NCBI GenBank assembly: GCA_965220305.1
Contig: OZ244817.1
Span: forward strand, 342,035-406,034
Direction of reading: 5' to 3'
Origin: Dehalococcoidia bacterium
Lineage (GTDB): Bacteria > Chloroflexota > Dehalococcoidia > Lucifugimonadales > UBA3495
Length of the DNA stretch: 64,000 nt
The notes beneath the pieces are model-generated. The model saw only the letters and a list, made by a program, of their open reading frames with translations, was not told the origin of the DNA and searched no databases. Shown here one piece after another: positions 29,322 through 39,603 of this stretch; position 1 is the first letter of the stretch, and every line of letters starts with the position of its first letter. The position numbers were made by a program, and so were the translations under genes.

Positions 29322-30260
29322 CTATTGTACCACAGGCGGCGCGCCCCTTCGGAAGTCCTCGATCAACGCCGCCGCCCGCTCATCCGTATCTGATTCGGCG
29401 GCGTCGAGCCAGTGAATCCTCGGGTCCTTTAGCTTGAACCAACTGTACTGGCTGCGCGCCAAACGGTGAGTCTGAAACTTGGTGCGCTGCACCGCCTCTT
29501 CCCACGAAATGGCCCCCGACAGGTAGAGTCCCAGCTCGCGGTAGCCTGGCCCGTTCAGGGGGCCCTCGCCCGCCTGGTAACCCATGTCCGAAAGGCGAAT
29601 GACCTCTTCCAGCAGGCCGTCCGCGACCATACGGTCTACTCGCTGGTCGATGCGACGGTACAGGCTTTCCCGGGGCATGGTTAGGCCCAGTACCAGGGAC
29701 CTGAAGGTGTTGGCGGCCTTGGCCGACCGGCTGGAGGCCGTCTGGCCGGTGGCGCGGAAGACTTCCAGGGCGCGGATTACCCGCCGGACATTGCGGGAGT
29801 CCACCTGGGTTGCCCGGTGTGGGTCAACCCCTTGCAGCTCTTGATATAGGGCGTCGGGGCCCAGTTGTTCGGCTTGAAGATACTTGGCGCGGCGGAACGC
29901 GGGATCCGGCGGCACGGCGGGTACTTCCCAACCCTCCAACAGTGCCCAAACGTACTGGCCGGAGCCGCCAACGACCAAAGGCAGCCTCTTTCGGCCATGA
30001 ATATCTTGGATGCAGCTTCGCGCGAGGGGCAGGAAGGCGCCCAAGTCGAGAGGCTGACGGGGTTCCCGGATGTCCAGGAGGTGGTGGGGAGCTTGACACC
30101 TTTCTGTAGGGCTGGGTTTGGCGGTGCCTATATCCATTCCCCGGTAGACCTGCCGGCTATCGGAATTGATGATTTCGCCCTTGAGCATCTGGGCTAATTT
30201 GACCGATAGCCCGGTCTTGCCTACCGCAGTCGGGCCCACAATTGCTACCACCGGAGGCAA
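29322..30260 (-). CDS. miaA: tRNA dimethylallyltransferase
   Basis: P-loop IVGPTAVGKTGLS, then INSDSRQVYRGMDIGTAKP. The ORF-track N-terminus overlaps tpiA and is spurious. The start is TTG 30260 or GTG 30251, just after the tpiA stop. Confidence 0.85.
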   Translation of the reverse strand: MPPVVAIVGPTAVGKTGLSVKLAQMLKGEIINSDSRQVYRGMDIGTAKPSPTERCQAPHHLLDIREPRQPLDLGAFLPLARSCIQDIHGRKRLPLVVGGSGQYVWALLEGWEVPAVPPDPAFRRAKYLQAEQLGPDALYQELQGVDPHRATQVDSRNVRRVIRALEVFRATGQTASSRSAKAANTFRSLVLGLTMPRESLYRRIDQRVDRMVADGLLEEVIRLSDMGYQAGEGPLNGPGYRELGLYLSGAISWEEAVQRTKFQTHRLARSQYSWFKLKDPRIHWLDAAESDTDERAAALIEDFRRGAPPVVQ

Positions 30261-30271
30261 TAGCCCTACCC

Positions 30272-31036
30272 TCAGTTGGAAGCCTTTACCGCTGCCGCCT
30301 GCTGCACTACCTCCACAAACTGCTCCGCCTGCAGGCTGGCGCCACCGACCAGGGCCCCGTGAATACAGTCTTGCGCCGCGTAGTCGGCCACATTTGCGGG
30401 GTTTACGCTGCCCCCGTACAGGAGGGCTACTTCTTCCCCAGCCCCGCCAAATAGGGACTTCAACGTCTCCAGGATGGGACCGCCCATAATTTCGGAGGCA
30501 ATCTCCGGCGTGGCTGCTTGACCCGTCCCGATGGCCCAAACGGGTTCGTAGGCGACGATTAGCCCACTTATGTCAACCAGGCCACTCAAGGAACCCCGTA
30601 GTTGGGCTTCGACCACGGCTTCAGCCTGCCCGGCCTCCCGTTGTTCCAGAGTCTCGCCGATGCAAACTATGGGGTTTAGCCCGTGCTGAAACGCCGCCTG
30701 GACTTTGAGGCTTATCTGCTGGTCGGTTTCGCCAAAGAGTTGCCGCCTTTCCGAATGACCGAGTATCACGTAATCGCAGAGTCCTTGCAGCATGGTGGGG
30801 GCTATCTCGCCGGTGAAAGCGCCCGATTCTTGAGAATGCATATTCTGCGCGCCCACGAAAATGGGCGAACCCCGCACCACGTCAGCGACGGCGGCGAGGG
30901 ATACAAAGGGAGGGCATAGGATAACCTGGGCGGATGAGTCCTGACCCAGCCCATTCCGCACGCTGGTTGCCAATTCCACAGCGGCGGCCAGATTGGTGTT
31001 CATTTTCCAGTTGCCAGCAAGGACGGTCGGCGGCAT
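30272..31036 (-). CDS. tpiA: Triosephosphate isomerase
   Basis: ..LAGNWKMN.., ..ILGHSERR.., ..CIGE.. and ..[12 protein letters not shown].. are present. Confidence 0.9.
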   Translation of the reverse strand: MPPTVLAGNWKMNTNLAAAVELATSVRNGLGQDSSAQVILCPPFVSLAAVADVVRGSPIFVGAQNMHSQESGAFTGEIAPTMLQGLCDYVILGHSERRQLFGETDQQISLKVQAAFQHGLNPIVCIGETLEQREAGQAEAVVEAQLRGSLSGLVDISGLIVAYEPVWAIGTGQAATPEIASEIMGGPILETLKSLFGGAGEEVALLYGGSVNPANVADYAAQDCIHGALVGGASLQAEQFVEVVQQAAAVKASN

Positions 31037-31051
31037 TAGAACTCCGTTATC

Positions 31052-32257
31052 CTATGGACCGAATTTAGTGAGTTTGCCAGCGTGGGATAGGGCCAACAAC
31101 ATCACGTTGGTGGCCGGTATGCTGCCGATGGACCCCAGCCCGCAGGCCCGCTCATCAAAGGACTTTACTCCTTCACCCCTGGTCAACTGCGAGTTAATCA
31201 TAAAAGGCACCGGGTGCCAACTGTGGGCCGCCATAATGGCTGGCGTGGCGTGGTCTCCGGCAACCATGAATACGTCCGGCTCCAACTCCCGAATCAAGGG
31301 AATGAGGGGGTCCAACTCCTCCAGGCGCTTGACCTTGGCGTCGAAATCTCCGTCTTCGCCGGCGGCGTCGGCGGGTTTGTAGTGAATGAAGAAGAAGTCG
31401 TGGTCCTTGTAGTGCTGGTGCATAGTCTCGACTTCATCGGCGAAGGTGTGTCCGGTGGGAATGATTTCCATCCCGGCCACCGTCGCCAGTCCCCGGTACA
31501 TGGGATACGCTGCAATGCCTGCCGGGTTCAACCGATAAACATCGCCCATAGGCGGCAGGTGGGGGAGTTGGGCCCATCCTCGGAGCAGCACCATGTTGGC
31601 CGGTTCCTCTTCGGATAGGAGACGCCCGGCCTCGGCCACGAACTGGTTAACCGCGGAGGCCGTCTTTTCGGCTTCTGGGGTTAGGCCCCGGGCCGGCAAC
31701 GCCGCTACGCCGGTCTGTTGCGGGTCGGTCTCGGAGAGCATCTCGGAGAGTCCCTCGCCACGGAGCCGTAGCACGAAACGGTAGTCCTGCACCGGAAACA
31801 CGTCCACCTGAACGCCGGGCACCTCTATCTGGTCCAACCGTTCACAGAGGGGGGCGCTCAACTCGGTGGCTATCCTCCCCGCGCGACGGTCCACCAGCAA
31901 GCCATTCCCATCCACGGCACAGAAGTTGCCCCGGGCGGCCACGTCTCCGGGCCGCAGCTCAATGTCGATGCCTAATGCTTCAAGAGCGCCTCTGCCAATG
32001 AGGTACTTGAGCGGGTTGTACCCAAAAAGAGAAAGGTGGCCCGGCCCGCTGCCCGGGGCTATTCCCGGCAACACCGGCGTGGTCAACCCGCAGGCGCTCT
32101 GCTGGGCCATGGCGTCCAGATTGGGAAGGTGGGCGGTCTCCAACTCGGAAAGCCCGGTGTCCGGATGGGCCAAGCCGCCCAGACCGTCAACCACCAGCAT
32201 CACTATTTTGGAAGAAGTGCTAATGTAGCAGTCGTGCAATTGTTCTAAATCTATCAT
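31052..32257 (-). CDS. apgM: Cofactor-independent phosphoglycerate mutase, archaeal-type (ApgM family)
   Basis: ..MLVVDGLGG.....SELE.A..PNLD.. and ..GDHATP.. are metalloenzyme-superfamily motifs. It lies between pgk and tpiA. The ATG at 32257 is preferred over TTG 32278. Confidence 0.8.
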   Translation of the reverse strand: MIDLEQLHDCYISTSSKIVMLVVDGLGGLAHPDTGLSELETAHLPNLDAMAQQSACGLTTPVLPGIAPGSGPGHLSLFGYNPLKYLIGRGALEALGIDIELRPGDVAARGNFCAVDGNGLLVDRRAGRIATELSAPLCERLDQIEVPGVQVDVFPVQDYRFVLRLRGEGLSEMLSETDPQQTGVAALPARGLTPEAEKTASAVNQFVAEAGRLLSEEEPANMVLLRGWAQLPHLPPMGDVYRLNPAGIAAYPMYRGLATVAGMEIIPTGHTFADEVETMHQHYKDHDFFFIHYKPADAAGEDGDFDAKVKRLEELDPLIPLIRELEPDVFMVAGDHATPAIMAAHSWHPVPFMINSQLTRGEGVKSFDERACGLGSIGSIPATNVMLLALSHAGKLTKFGP

Positions 32258-32298
32258 CTTTGACTCTAACTCCCCCAACTAGGCCCCTTTGGAAGTGG

Positions 32299-33495
32299 TT
32301 AAACGTCGGGCAGCGCGGCGATACCCGGCAGCTCCTTCCCTTCCAGGAACTCCAGGGACGCGCCGCCCCCGGTGGAAACGTGGGTCATCCGTCCCATCAA
32401 CCCCAACTCCTCCACGACTTCGGCGGTGGACCCGCCACCGACCACCGTGGTAGTCCCGGAAAGTCCGGCAATAGCCTGGGCAACGGCGCGGGTGCCGTGG
32501 CTGAAACGGGGCATCTCGAAGACCCCCATAGGGCCGTTCCAAATGATGGTGCTACAGCCGCCCAGGGCCGCCGAGAAATCGGCGGCGCTTCCCTCTCCGA
32601 TGTCCATTACATAGGAACCACTCGGGACTTGGTCTGCCGGGACGGTCCGGCTTTCCGACGGCTCGGCGCTGAACTCGCTGGCGATTACAACGTCCTTGGG
32701 CAGATGCACCGCAACACTGCTGGCGTTGGCCCTATTGAGCACTTCCCGGGCGAACTGCAACCGGTCCTCTTCCACCGACGACGCCCCGGTTCCGTAGCCC
32801 ATAGCGTTGAGGAAGGTGACAGCCATGCCCCCGCCGATGAGCAGGTGGTCTAACTTATCCAACAGGTTTTCCAAGACCAGAATCTTATCGCTCACCTTGG
32901 CGCCTCCCATCAGAGCGGCCAAGGGGCGCTGCGGCGATTCCAGGGCCTGGCCCATGGATTCTACTTCCCGTTGCACCAACAACCCCATAGCCGAGGGCAG
33001 GAGTTTCGGCAGGCCCACCGTGGAAGCATGCGCCCGGTGGGCGACGGCAAAGGCGTCCATGACAAAGCAATCGGCCAAGGAAGCCAAGGCCCCAGCAAAT
33101 TCGGGATCCGCCTTCTCCTCGCCTTCGTGGAAACGGAGGTTCTCCAAGAGGGCCACTTCCCCGGCTTTCATTGCATTAATGGCCGAAGTCACTTCTGGCC
33201 CGATGCAGTCGCTCAAATTTGCCACCGGGCGACCCAGCAATGTTGCCAGGCGACCCCCTACCGGCCCCAGCCGCACCGACTCGTCAATCTTGCCAGCGGG
33301 CCGGCCCAAGTGGGAGCACAAGATTACCCGACATTCTCGTTGCAGCAAGTATTCAATGGTCGGAAGGGTGGCCCGGAGACGATGATCGTAGGATGCAATG
33401 GCATCAATCCCCTGTTCTATGGGCACGTTGAAATCCACCCGTACCAGGACCCGCTTGCCGTTGACATCCAGGTCAGTGAGGCTACGCTTGGCCAT
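32299..33495 (-). CDS. pgk: Phosphoglycerate kinase
   Basis: ..KRVLVRVDFNVP.., ..SHLGRP.., ..GGAKVSDKI.. and ..STGGGASLEFLEG.. are present. Confidence 0.95.
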   Translation of the reverse strand: MAKRSLTDLDVNGKRVLVRVDFNVPIEQGIDAIASYDHRLRATLPTIEYLLQRECRVILCSHLGRPAGKIDESVRLGPVGGRLATLLGRPVANLSDCIGPEVTSAINAMKAGEVALLENLRFHEGEEKADPEFAGALASLADCFVMDAFAVAHRAHASTVGLPKLLPSAMGLLVQREVESMGQALESPQRPLAALMGGAKVSDKILVLENLLDKLDHLLIGGGMAVTFLNAMGYGTGASSVEEDRLQFAREVLNRANASSVAVHLPKDVVIASEFSAEPSESRTVPADQVPSGSYVMDIGEGSAADFSAALGGCSTIIWNGPMGVFEMPRFSHGTRAVAQAIAGLSGTTTVVGGGSTAEVVEELGLMGRMTHVSTGGGASLEFLEGKELPGIAALPDV

Positions 33496-33544
33496 TTGAC
33501 TGCAAGACTCCTCTCATATCTTAGGTTCAGTGTTCGACTTTCGT

Positions 33545-34555
33545 TCAGCGCGAATGTCCCAACGCCAACTGCCCCAACTCTTCCAATTCCTGCCGTTGCT
33601 CAGGGGACATATCGACTTCGGCCACCGCCCTGTAGCCTTCCGACACGAGCTCTTCGGCCCTTCCTTCGGCGAATCGGCGGGAGCCAACTTTCTCCAGGAG
33701 GGAGATAACCTGCGAAATATCGTCCGGTTCCAGTACGCGTTTGGCGTAAATACCGCCTAGCTGACGCTTGGTGGCCGAGGTGGAGTTCTCCAGAGCGTGA
33801 ATCAGGGGCAGGCTCTTCTTCTTATTGAGCAAGTTCCCGGCGGTCATTCCGTCACGCCCTTGGCCCCAAAAGTCGGCAACGTCCTGCGAGATTTGCCAAG
33901 CCATCCCCAGCTTGGCGCCCAACTGTTGGAAGCCAGCGCGGGCATCGGCGTCCGCTCCCGCGGTCAGGGCTCCCAAACTGGTGGAGCAGGCGCTCACCGC
34001 GCCGGACTTCCGCCCTATCATGTCGTAGTAATCGTTGCTGGTGACCATCAACTGGTCCTGGAAGCTAAGGTCCATGTACTGGCCTTCACAGAGGGAGAGG
34101 CAAGCCCGGTCGAGGGTCCCCACAGCCTCCAGCACCTCTTGGGGAGCAACGCCAAGGTTGGCCAGACGCATCATGGCAGACCGGCTCAGCGCGTGCAGCC
34201 CGTCTCCGGCGTTGATAGCCTGGGCCGGTCCCCACACCCACCAAATGCTTGGCCTTTCCTGGGCATCTACCCTGCCGGCCTGAACATCTCCATGAACCAG
34301 GGTAAAATTGTGGACCAACTCCACAGCCGCCGCCACCGGCAACGCCGGGGAAAAATCGCCCGCCAGCACCCGGCAGGTCCCCAACGCCAACATCGAGTGG
34401 AAATGGGGTGGCGCAGCATTATCCACGGGCTGCCCTAACTGATTGGTCCATCCCAGGTGGTAGCGCAACAGGTCGTATAGGAACCCAGTACGGGAGGCGA
34501 ACAATTCCTTCAACTCTCGCTGGATGGCTTGTCCGTAAGCTTCGTATGAAGCCAA
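33545..34555 (-). CDS. Polyprenyl-synthetase-family protein with degenerate Asp-rich motifs
   Basis: The overall trans-IPPS pattern is present (..AAAVELVHNFTLVH.., ..INAGDGL.., ..GQYMDL.., ..GRKSGA.., ..AWQISQD.., ..KKKSLPLIHAL..). The FARM reads HGDVQAGRVD, ERP replaces RRG, and the SARM reads QDVAD. Confidence 0.75.
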   Translation of the reverse strand: MASYEAYGQAIQRELKELFASRTGFLYDLLRYHLGWTNQLGQPVDNAAPPHFHSMLALGTCRVLAGDFSPALPVAAAVELVHNFTLVHGDVQAGRVDAQERPSIWWVWGPAQAINAGDGLHALSRSAMMRLANLGVAPQEVLEAVGTLDRACLSLCEGQYMDLSFQDQLMVTSNDYYDMIGRKSGAVSACSTSLGALTAGADADARAGFQQLGAKLGMAWQISQDVADFWGQGRDGMTAGNLLNKKKSLPLIHALENSTSATKRQLGGIYAKRVLEPDDISQVISLLEKVGSRRFAEGRAEELVSEGYRAVAEVDMSPEQRQELEELGQLALGHSR

Positions 34556-34641
34556 AGATATTATGCTTTAACCTCCGACTTGGCGGTTGCCCCGAGGGTC
34601 TGCCAACTTGATACCCAGATAGGGCAGGAATTTGAGCTGCG

Positions 34642-35232
34642 CTAACGGCAGGCCGCCAGCACATCCTGGAAGGGTAGCGCTCCCTGGCGCAGAAGTACGG
34701 GAGCTCCCGAACTTATGTCCACCACGGTGGAGGAAGTCCCCTGGGGCGGGGGCCCGGCCCGTATTATGTAATCTATTCCCTGGCTTAAAGAGCCGTCCAG
34801 ATGGTCCAACGTGAGGAGGTCAGGCCCCCCGCTGATATTGGCGCTAGTCCCGGTTATTGGCCCAATTGCCTTGCACAACTCCAAGGGTGCCCAGTGGTCC
34901 GGCATTCTCACCGCCACCGTGCTTTCGCCGCCGGTTAGAGACTCTGGCAACTTTGGGGCACGGGGAAAAACCAAGGTCAGCGCGCCGGGCCAAAACCGTT
35001 GGGCCAGCCTGTAGCCCACCTCGGAAACCGATTCGGTGACCTCCATGGCCTGTTCCCAACTGGCAACCAACACCGGCACCGCCATGCGTTGGGGACGTCC
35101 CTTTATGGCGAACACCCGCTGGATAGCGGCCTCCTGAAAGACATCCGCCGCCAACCCGAAGAGGGTGTCCGTAGGTGTGATTACCACGCCGCCGCTCCGG
35201 ATTATTCGAGCCGCTTCTTCTATCTCGTCCAA
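34642..35232 (-). CDS. tsaC: L-threonylcarbamoyladenylate synthase (YrdC/TsaC type)
   Basis: ..GGVVITPTDTLFGLAADV....A..RVFAIKGRP....VPVLV.. and ..PGALTLV.. are canonical YrdC-domain sequence. Confidence 0.85.
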   Translation of the reverse strand: MDEIEEAARIIRSGGVVITPTDTLFGLAADVFQEAAIQRVFAIKGRPQRMAVPVLVASWEQAMEVTESVSEVGYRLAQRFWPGALTLVFPRAPKLPESLTGGESTVAVRMPDHWAPLELCKAIGPITGTSANISGGPDLLTLDHLDGSLSQGIDYIIRAGPPPQGTSSTVVDISSGAPVLLRQGALPFQDVLAACR

Positions 35233-35375
35233 CTGCTAGCCCTGCTGTACCGGAACCGGCATTGCTATCCGCTGCCCCACCTCGCGCATGAGTTTAGCAT
35301 GAACCTAAGCCCGCGGTCGAGGCTCCAAATCGTCCAGACCGGGAGACCGAGAATCAGGTCCACAAAAAGCGGCTG

Positions 35376-35386
35376 TGGTATATAAT
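35376..35386 (+). promoter_or_regulatory. Putative extended -10 promoter element upstream of guaA
   Basis: TGGTATATAAT (TGn plus TATATA/TATAAT) lies ~85 nt upstream of the guaA ATG in a divergent intergenic region. No good -35 was seen. Confidence 0.3.
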
Positions 35387-35469
35387 ACTAAACCTATACA
35401 GTGTTCTAGGGCGTAGTCACTGAATTCTATCTATCCGTCCCGCCTCTTCCAACAGTCCAGGGGGGTAAT

Positions 35470-37059
35470 ATGACCAACCCGCAAATGTCGGGAGCCAGTT
35501 TCGGGTCCGGATCCAGTAGGTCTCAAGAAAGCGTTGCGGTAATTGACTTCGGCTCCCAATATACCCACCTCATCGCCAGGCGGGCCCGAGAGTTGAAGGT
35601 TTTCTCGGAGATTTTTCCGCCCAGCGTATCTGAAGATGCCGTCAAACGCATCAACGCCAAGGGTATAATACTTTCCGGAGGGCCAGCCAGCGTTTACGAC
35701 CCGGGCGCCCCATCCATACCCTCTTGGGTATTGGAACAGCGGTTCCCCGTCCTGGGTATCTGCTACGGTATGCAGGCGATGGTACACCAGTTGGGCGGGA
35801 CTGTTACTCCCGGCAGGCAGCGCGAGTACGGTAACGCAACCCTGTTTCACGCAGGTCAAGGTGGGCCCCTCTTCAACGGTCTGCCGGAATCACTTCAAGT
35901 ATGGATGAGCCACGGGGACCGCGTGGAATCCCTACCTCCGGGATTCTCAACCCTCGCCAACACCGGCAGTTCGCCGTTGGCGGCAATTGCCAACGGAGAC
36001 AACATGTTTGGCCTCCAGTTCCACCCCGAGGTATCCCACACACACCTGGGCATGTCCATTTTAGAGAACTTCCTCTATAAGGTGTGCGGCTTCCAAGGCA
36101 CCTGGACACCGGGGAATTTCGTCTCCGAGGCTACCGCCAGAATCCGGGCCCAGGTGGGAGAGGGCCGGGTTATCTGCGCCCTCTCGGGGGGCGTCGACTC
36201 GGCAGTCACGTCGATGCTGTTGCACCAAGCCATCGGCGACCACTTGACCTGCATTTTCGTTAACAACGGCCTGCTGCGGCACCGGGAAGCTCAGGAGGTT
36301 CAGGAGACCTTCAAGCGCAATCTGGGTCTTAACCTGACCTACATTGACGCCTCGGAACGCTTCGTATCCAGGCTTCGGGGCGTGATCGACCCGGAAGTCA
36401 AGCGAAAGACCATTGGCGAGGAGTTCATCCGCGTCTTTGAGGAAGTCGCGTCCGAGCTCAGCGATACCCAATACCTGGCCCAGGGCACGCTTTATCCCGA
36501 CGTGATAGAGAGCGAGACTCCGGAGAACCGGGCATCGGCCCGCATCAAGACGCACCACAATGTGGGCGGTCTGCCGGAAGACATGGACCTGGAACTGGTG
36601 GAGCCGCTGCGTTACCTCTTTAAGGACGAAGTTCGCGAGGTCGGCAAGGAGTTGGGGCTTCCCCATGAGGTCCTGTACCGCCAGCCCTTCCCCGGGCCGG
36701 GCTTGGCGATTCGCATCATCGGCGAAGTGACCAGCGACCGCCTGGACATCCTCCGCGCCTGCGACCGGGTGGTGGACGAAGAGATTCGCAAGGCAGGACT
36801 GTACGATGATATTTGGCAGAGTTTTGCCGTGCTCACCGACAACCGCACCGTGGGAGTCATGGGCGACTACCGCACCTACGGTTACGTCTGCGCCATCCGG
36901 TCCGTGTCCAGCGAAGACGCAATGACCGCCGACTGGTCCCGACTGCCCTACGAGGTCCTGGCTACCATATCCAACCGCATCGTGAACGAGGCGGAGGGGG
37001 TCAACCGGGTGGTCTACGACATTACCAGCAAGCCGCCGGGCACCATTGAGTGGGAGTAA
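35470..37059 (+). CDS. guaA: GMP synthase (glutamine-hydrolysing)
   Basis: GATase domain (..GICYGMQ..) plus the ATP-PPase motif SGGVDSAV and the C-terminal dimerisation domain ending ..PPGTIEWE. Confidence 0.95.
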   Translation: MTNPQMSGASFGSGSSRSQESVAVIDFGSQYTHLIARRARELKVFSEIFPPSVSEDAVKRINAKGIILSGGPASVYDPGAPSIPSWVLEQRFPVLGICYGMQAMVHQLGGTVTPGRQREYGNATLFHAGQGGPLFNGLPESLQVWMSHGDRVESLPPGFSTLANTGSSPLAAIANGDNMFGLQFHPEVSHTHLGMSILENFLYKVCGFQGTWTPGNFVSEATARIRAQVGEGRVICALSGGVDSAVTSMLLHQAIGDHLTCIFVNNGLLRHREAQEVQETFKRNLGLNLTYIDASERFVSRLRGVIDPEVKRKTIGEEFIRVFEEVASELSDTQYLAQGTLYPDVIESETPENRASARIKTHHNVGGLPEDMDLELVEPLRYLFKDEVREVGKELGLPHEVLYRQPFPGPGLAIRIIGEVTSDRLDILRACDRVVDEEIRKAGLYDDIWQSFAVLTDNRTVGVMGDYRTYGYVCAIRSVSSEDAMTADWSRLPYEVLATISNRIVNEAEGVNRVVYDITSKPPGTIEWE

Positions 37060-37178
37060 GGGAGTCCAAGATGCTCCGGTTCAGGTTGTCTTTCCTTGTA
37101 CCTTCCCAAGGTCGTTTTCATTGGTACAGCGTCTATTCAATTGACCAACAGCAGGCCCTTCTGCTGGGGAGGTGAATC

Positions 37179-38465
37179 TTGCGCGTCCTAGTAGTAGGCT
37201 CGGGGGGCCGCGAGCACGCCCTAACTTGGCGGTTACGACAGAGTCCTAACGTTACCGGTCTGTGGGTCGCCGGAGGCAACGCTGGCACGGCGGAGATGGC
37301 AACCAACCTGGACGTTAACCCGGAGAACGTCCTGGCTGTAGTGGAGGCAGCCGAAACTTTGGATATTGAGCTGGTCGTCGTTGGTCCCGAGGTTCCCCTG
37401 GCCGGCGGCGTCGTGGACCAGCTTGTCAAGCGAGGCATCCCGGCTTTCGGGCCCAGCCAGGCGGCGGCGCAGTTGGAGTCCAGCAAGGCTTTCGCCCGGG
37501 AAATCATGGAGGGAGCCTCGGTCCCAGCCCCCGCTTACCACACCTTCCACGACTACCAGGAGGCGCTAAACTTCGTCGGGAACAACCGCAGCCCGGTGGT
37601 GGTGAAGGCCGATGGGCTAGCCGCCGGCAAGGCTGTATCCCTCTGCCACACTTCGGAAGAAGCGGCGGCGGCAGTTCACCGCTGTATGCAGGCCCGGGAC
37701 TTCGGGGACGCCGGCGATGCGGTGGTCATTGAGGAGATGCTTCAGGGTCGGGAGGTGAGCGTATTCGCCTTTACCGACGGAGAGAATATTTCACCCCTCG
37801 TCGCCGCCTGCGATTACAAACGCATTGGCGACGGCGATGAGGGCCCCAATACCGGGGGCATGGGTAGCTTCACGCCCCCGGACTTCTGGACCGACGAGCT
37901 GGCCCAGCAGATCGCCGACACTGTAATGGCCCCGACGATTCGAGCTATGTCCAACCGGAATACTCCCTTCCGCGGGGTGTTGTACGCTGGGCTTATGTTA
38001 ACCGACGAGGGGCCGAGGGTACTGGAGTTCAACTGCCGCTTCGGGGACCCGGAGACCCAGGTTATTCTGCCCCTTCTGGAAACAGACCCGATTGAAGCGA
38101 TGTTAGCCTGCGTCGAAGGCCGACTTTCCGGGGGCATGGTCCGGTGGACAACCCAGCCTCATGTGGGCGTTGTCCTGGCTTCCGCCGGCTATCCCGAAGC
38201 CTACCAGACCGGGTTTCCCATATCCGGGCTGGAAATCCTGGACACCTCCTCATTGGTTTTCCATGCCGGCACCCGCCATATAATAGAAGGTGAGGTGTCC
38301 AGCGTGGTGACCAGCGGAGGCCGGGTGCTGGCCGTAGTCGGTCGGGGAGATTCCCTGGGGCAGGCGCGGGAACGGGCTTACGCCAGGGTTGGCGCCATCG
38401 ATTTCCAGGGAGCCTACTACCGGACCGATATTGGTAAAGGAGTTGGACCCGCTGGGGGACGCTGA
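37179..38465 (+). CDS. purD: Phosphoribosylamine-glycine ligase
   Basis: TTG start after GGGGAGG. MRVLVVGSGGREHAL.., ATP-grasp motifs, ..NCRFGDPE... Confidence 0.95.
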   Translation: MRVLVVGSGGREHALTWRLRQSPNVTGLWVAGGNAGTAEMATNLDVNPENVLAVVEAAETLDIELVVVGPEVPLAGGVVDQLVKRGIPAFGPSQAAAQLESSKAFAREIMEGASVPAPAYHTFHDYQEALNFVGNNRSPVVVKADGLAAGKAVSLCHTSEEAAAAVHRCMQARDFGDAGDAVVIEEMLQGREVSVFAFTDGENISPLVAACDYKRIGDGDEGPNTGGMGSFTPPDFWTDELAQQIADTVMAPTIRAMSNRNTPFRGVLYAGLMLTDEGPRVLEFNCRFGDPETQVILPLLETDPIEAMLACVEGRLSGGMVRWTTQPHVGVVLASAGYPEAYQTGFPISGLEILDTSSLVFHAGTRHIIEGEVSSVVTSGGRVLAVVGRGDSLGQARERAYARVGAIDFQGAYYRTDIGKGVGPAGGR

Positions 38466-39061
38466 TGGCAATGGTTGCCAATGCAGAAAAGTGGCTCCAC
38501 CTGCTTGAAGACTTCAACACGGCAGTCCGGCAGGGAGAGTTGGACCGCTACCGAGAACGCCGTTGGGGAAAATCGGAGACGATGGCCCAGTGGCTGGCCC
38601 AAGAGTCCCTGACCACCATGTCTACCGAACAAGGAATCGCCCTCTACCGGGCTTCCGGCGGGACCAGGATAACCCAATTTCGCTCCAATCCCATTGCCGA
38701 GTTGCGGGACTCGCTGGACTTTTTGCTATATGATACCATCAGACTGGAAGCCCGTTTTGATGAATGCGCCGACGACGAGGGGGGGTACAGACTGGCTGGG
38801 GCGGGCAAAGAGTTCGTGTCTTTTCTACTTTGCCTGCGAGACCCCACCTTGTTTGGGCCCTGGAATTCCCACTCCGAGAGGATGTTGAGAGTTTTGGGGC
38901 GGTATCCACCAGCGTTGAGGAAGGGTCGGTTGGGCAACCGCTACATGGACTTGTTGGATGCCCTTCAGGAAGTCCGCAGCCGGCTGAGACTGGCCGACCA
39001 CAGGCAGGTGGACGAATTCGCCTACTTTGTTGCCCGCTTGGCCGGCTCCGGGAGCAGGTAG
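38465..39061 (+). CDS. Hypothetical protein (198 aa) translationally coupled to purD
   Basis: Its ATG overlaps the purD TGA (TGATG). Composition is protein-like; no family recognised. Confidence 0.6.
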   Translation: MAMVANAEKWLHLLEDFNTAVRQGELDRYRERRWGKSETMAQWLAQESLTTMSTEQGIALYRASGGTRITQFRSNPIAELRDSLDFLLYDTIRLEARFDECADDEGGYRLAGAGKEFVSFLLCLRDPTLFGPWNSHSERMLRVLGRYPPALRKGRLGNRYMDLLDALQEVRSRLRLADHRQVDEFAYFVARLAGSGSR

Positions 39062-39119
39062 AAATGTGCCCAGTCCTCAAGGGGATGTCCGTCTATAAAA
39101 TGCTAAGGGGGAATGACAC

Positions 39120-39578
39120 ATGACCTGGCGGGAAACCCTATCCAACCTGCGGGAAGAGCTGGCGCAGGCCCGGCTGGAACGCCAGCGTTACCTGGAAGCG
39201 ATGGAGGCTCAACGAAAGTCCCAGCAGGACCAACTGTCCGAGTTGTCAACCTCCCTGGAAATTACCCGCCTCTTGGACGAGATGAACGCTGTCCTGGTGG
39301 GGGGCCAGGGTCGGGTGGAAGTGGAGAGGTCCTGGGAAGCTCCCGGCGAAGGCGAACCGGGAGAGGACTTGCTGCTCCTTGACGATGACGAGGACGAACT
39401 TGGGTACATTACCAGCTTCTTGACCTGGGACGAGGATGGGGAGCGGGAAATCGCCGTAGACTTGGGTTTCTCCGAGGATGGCATTTACCTCCAAGTCAAT
39501 GAAGCGGACGTACGGGCCGAGCGCCCGGCGTTGGAGCAAGCGCTCCTCCAGGCTTTCAGGGACGAGCTACAGCTATAA
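39120..39578 (+). CDS. Hypothetical acidic protein (152 aa), coiled-coil-like N-terminus
   Basis: Clean ORF with ATG start between purD and purE. It has an acidic stretch LLLLDDDEDELGY. No family recognised. Confidence 0.55.
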   Translation: MTWRETLSNLREELAQARLERQRYLEAMEAQRKSQQDQLSELSTSLEITRLLDEMNAVLVGGQGRVEVERSWEAPGEGEPGEDLLLLDDDEDELGYITSFLTWDEDGEREIAVDLGFSEDGIYLQVNEADVRAERPALEQALLQAFRDELQL

Positions 39579-39603
39579 TTCTACTAACGAAAGGTGATGT
39601 GCT

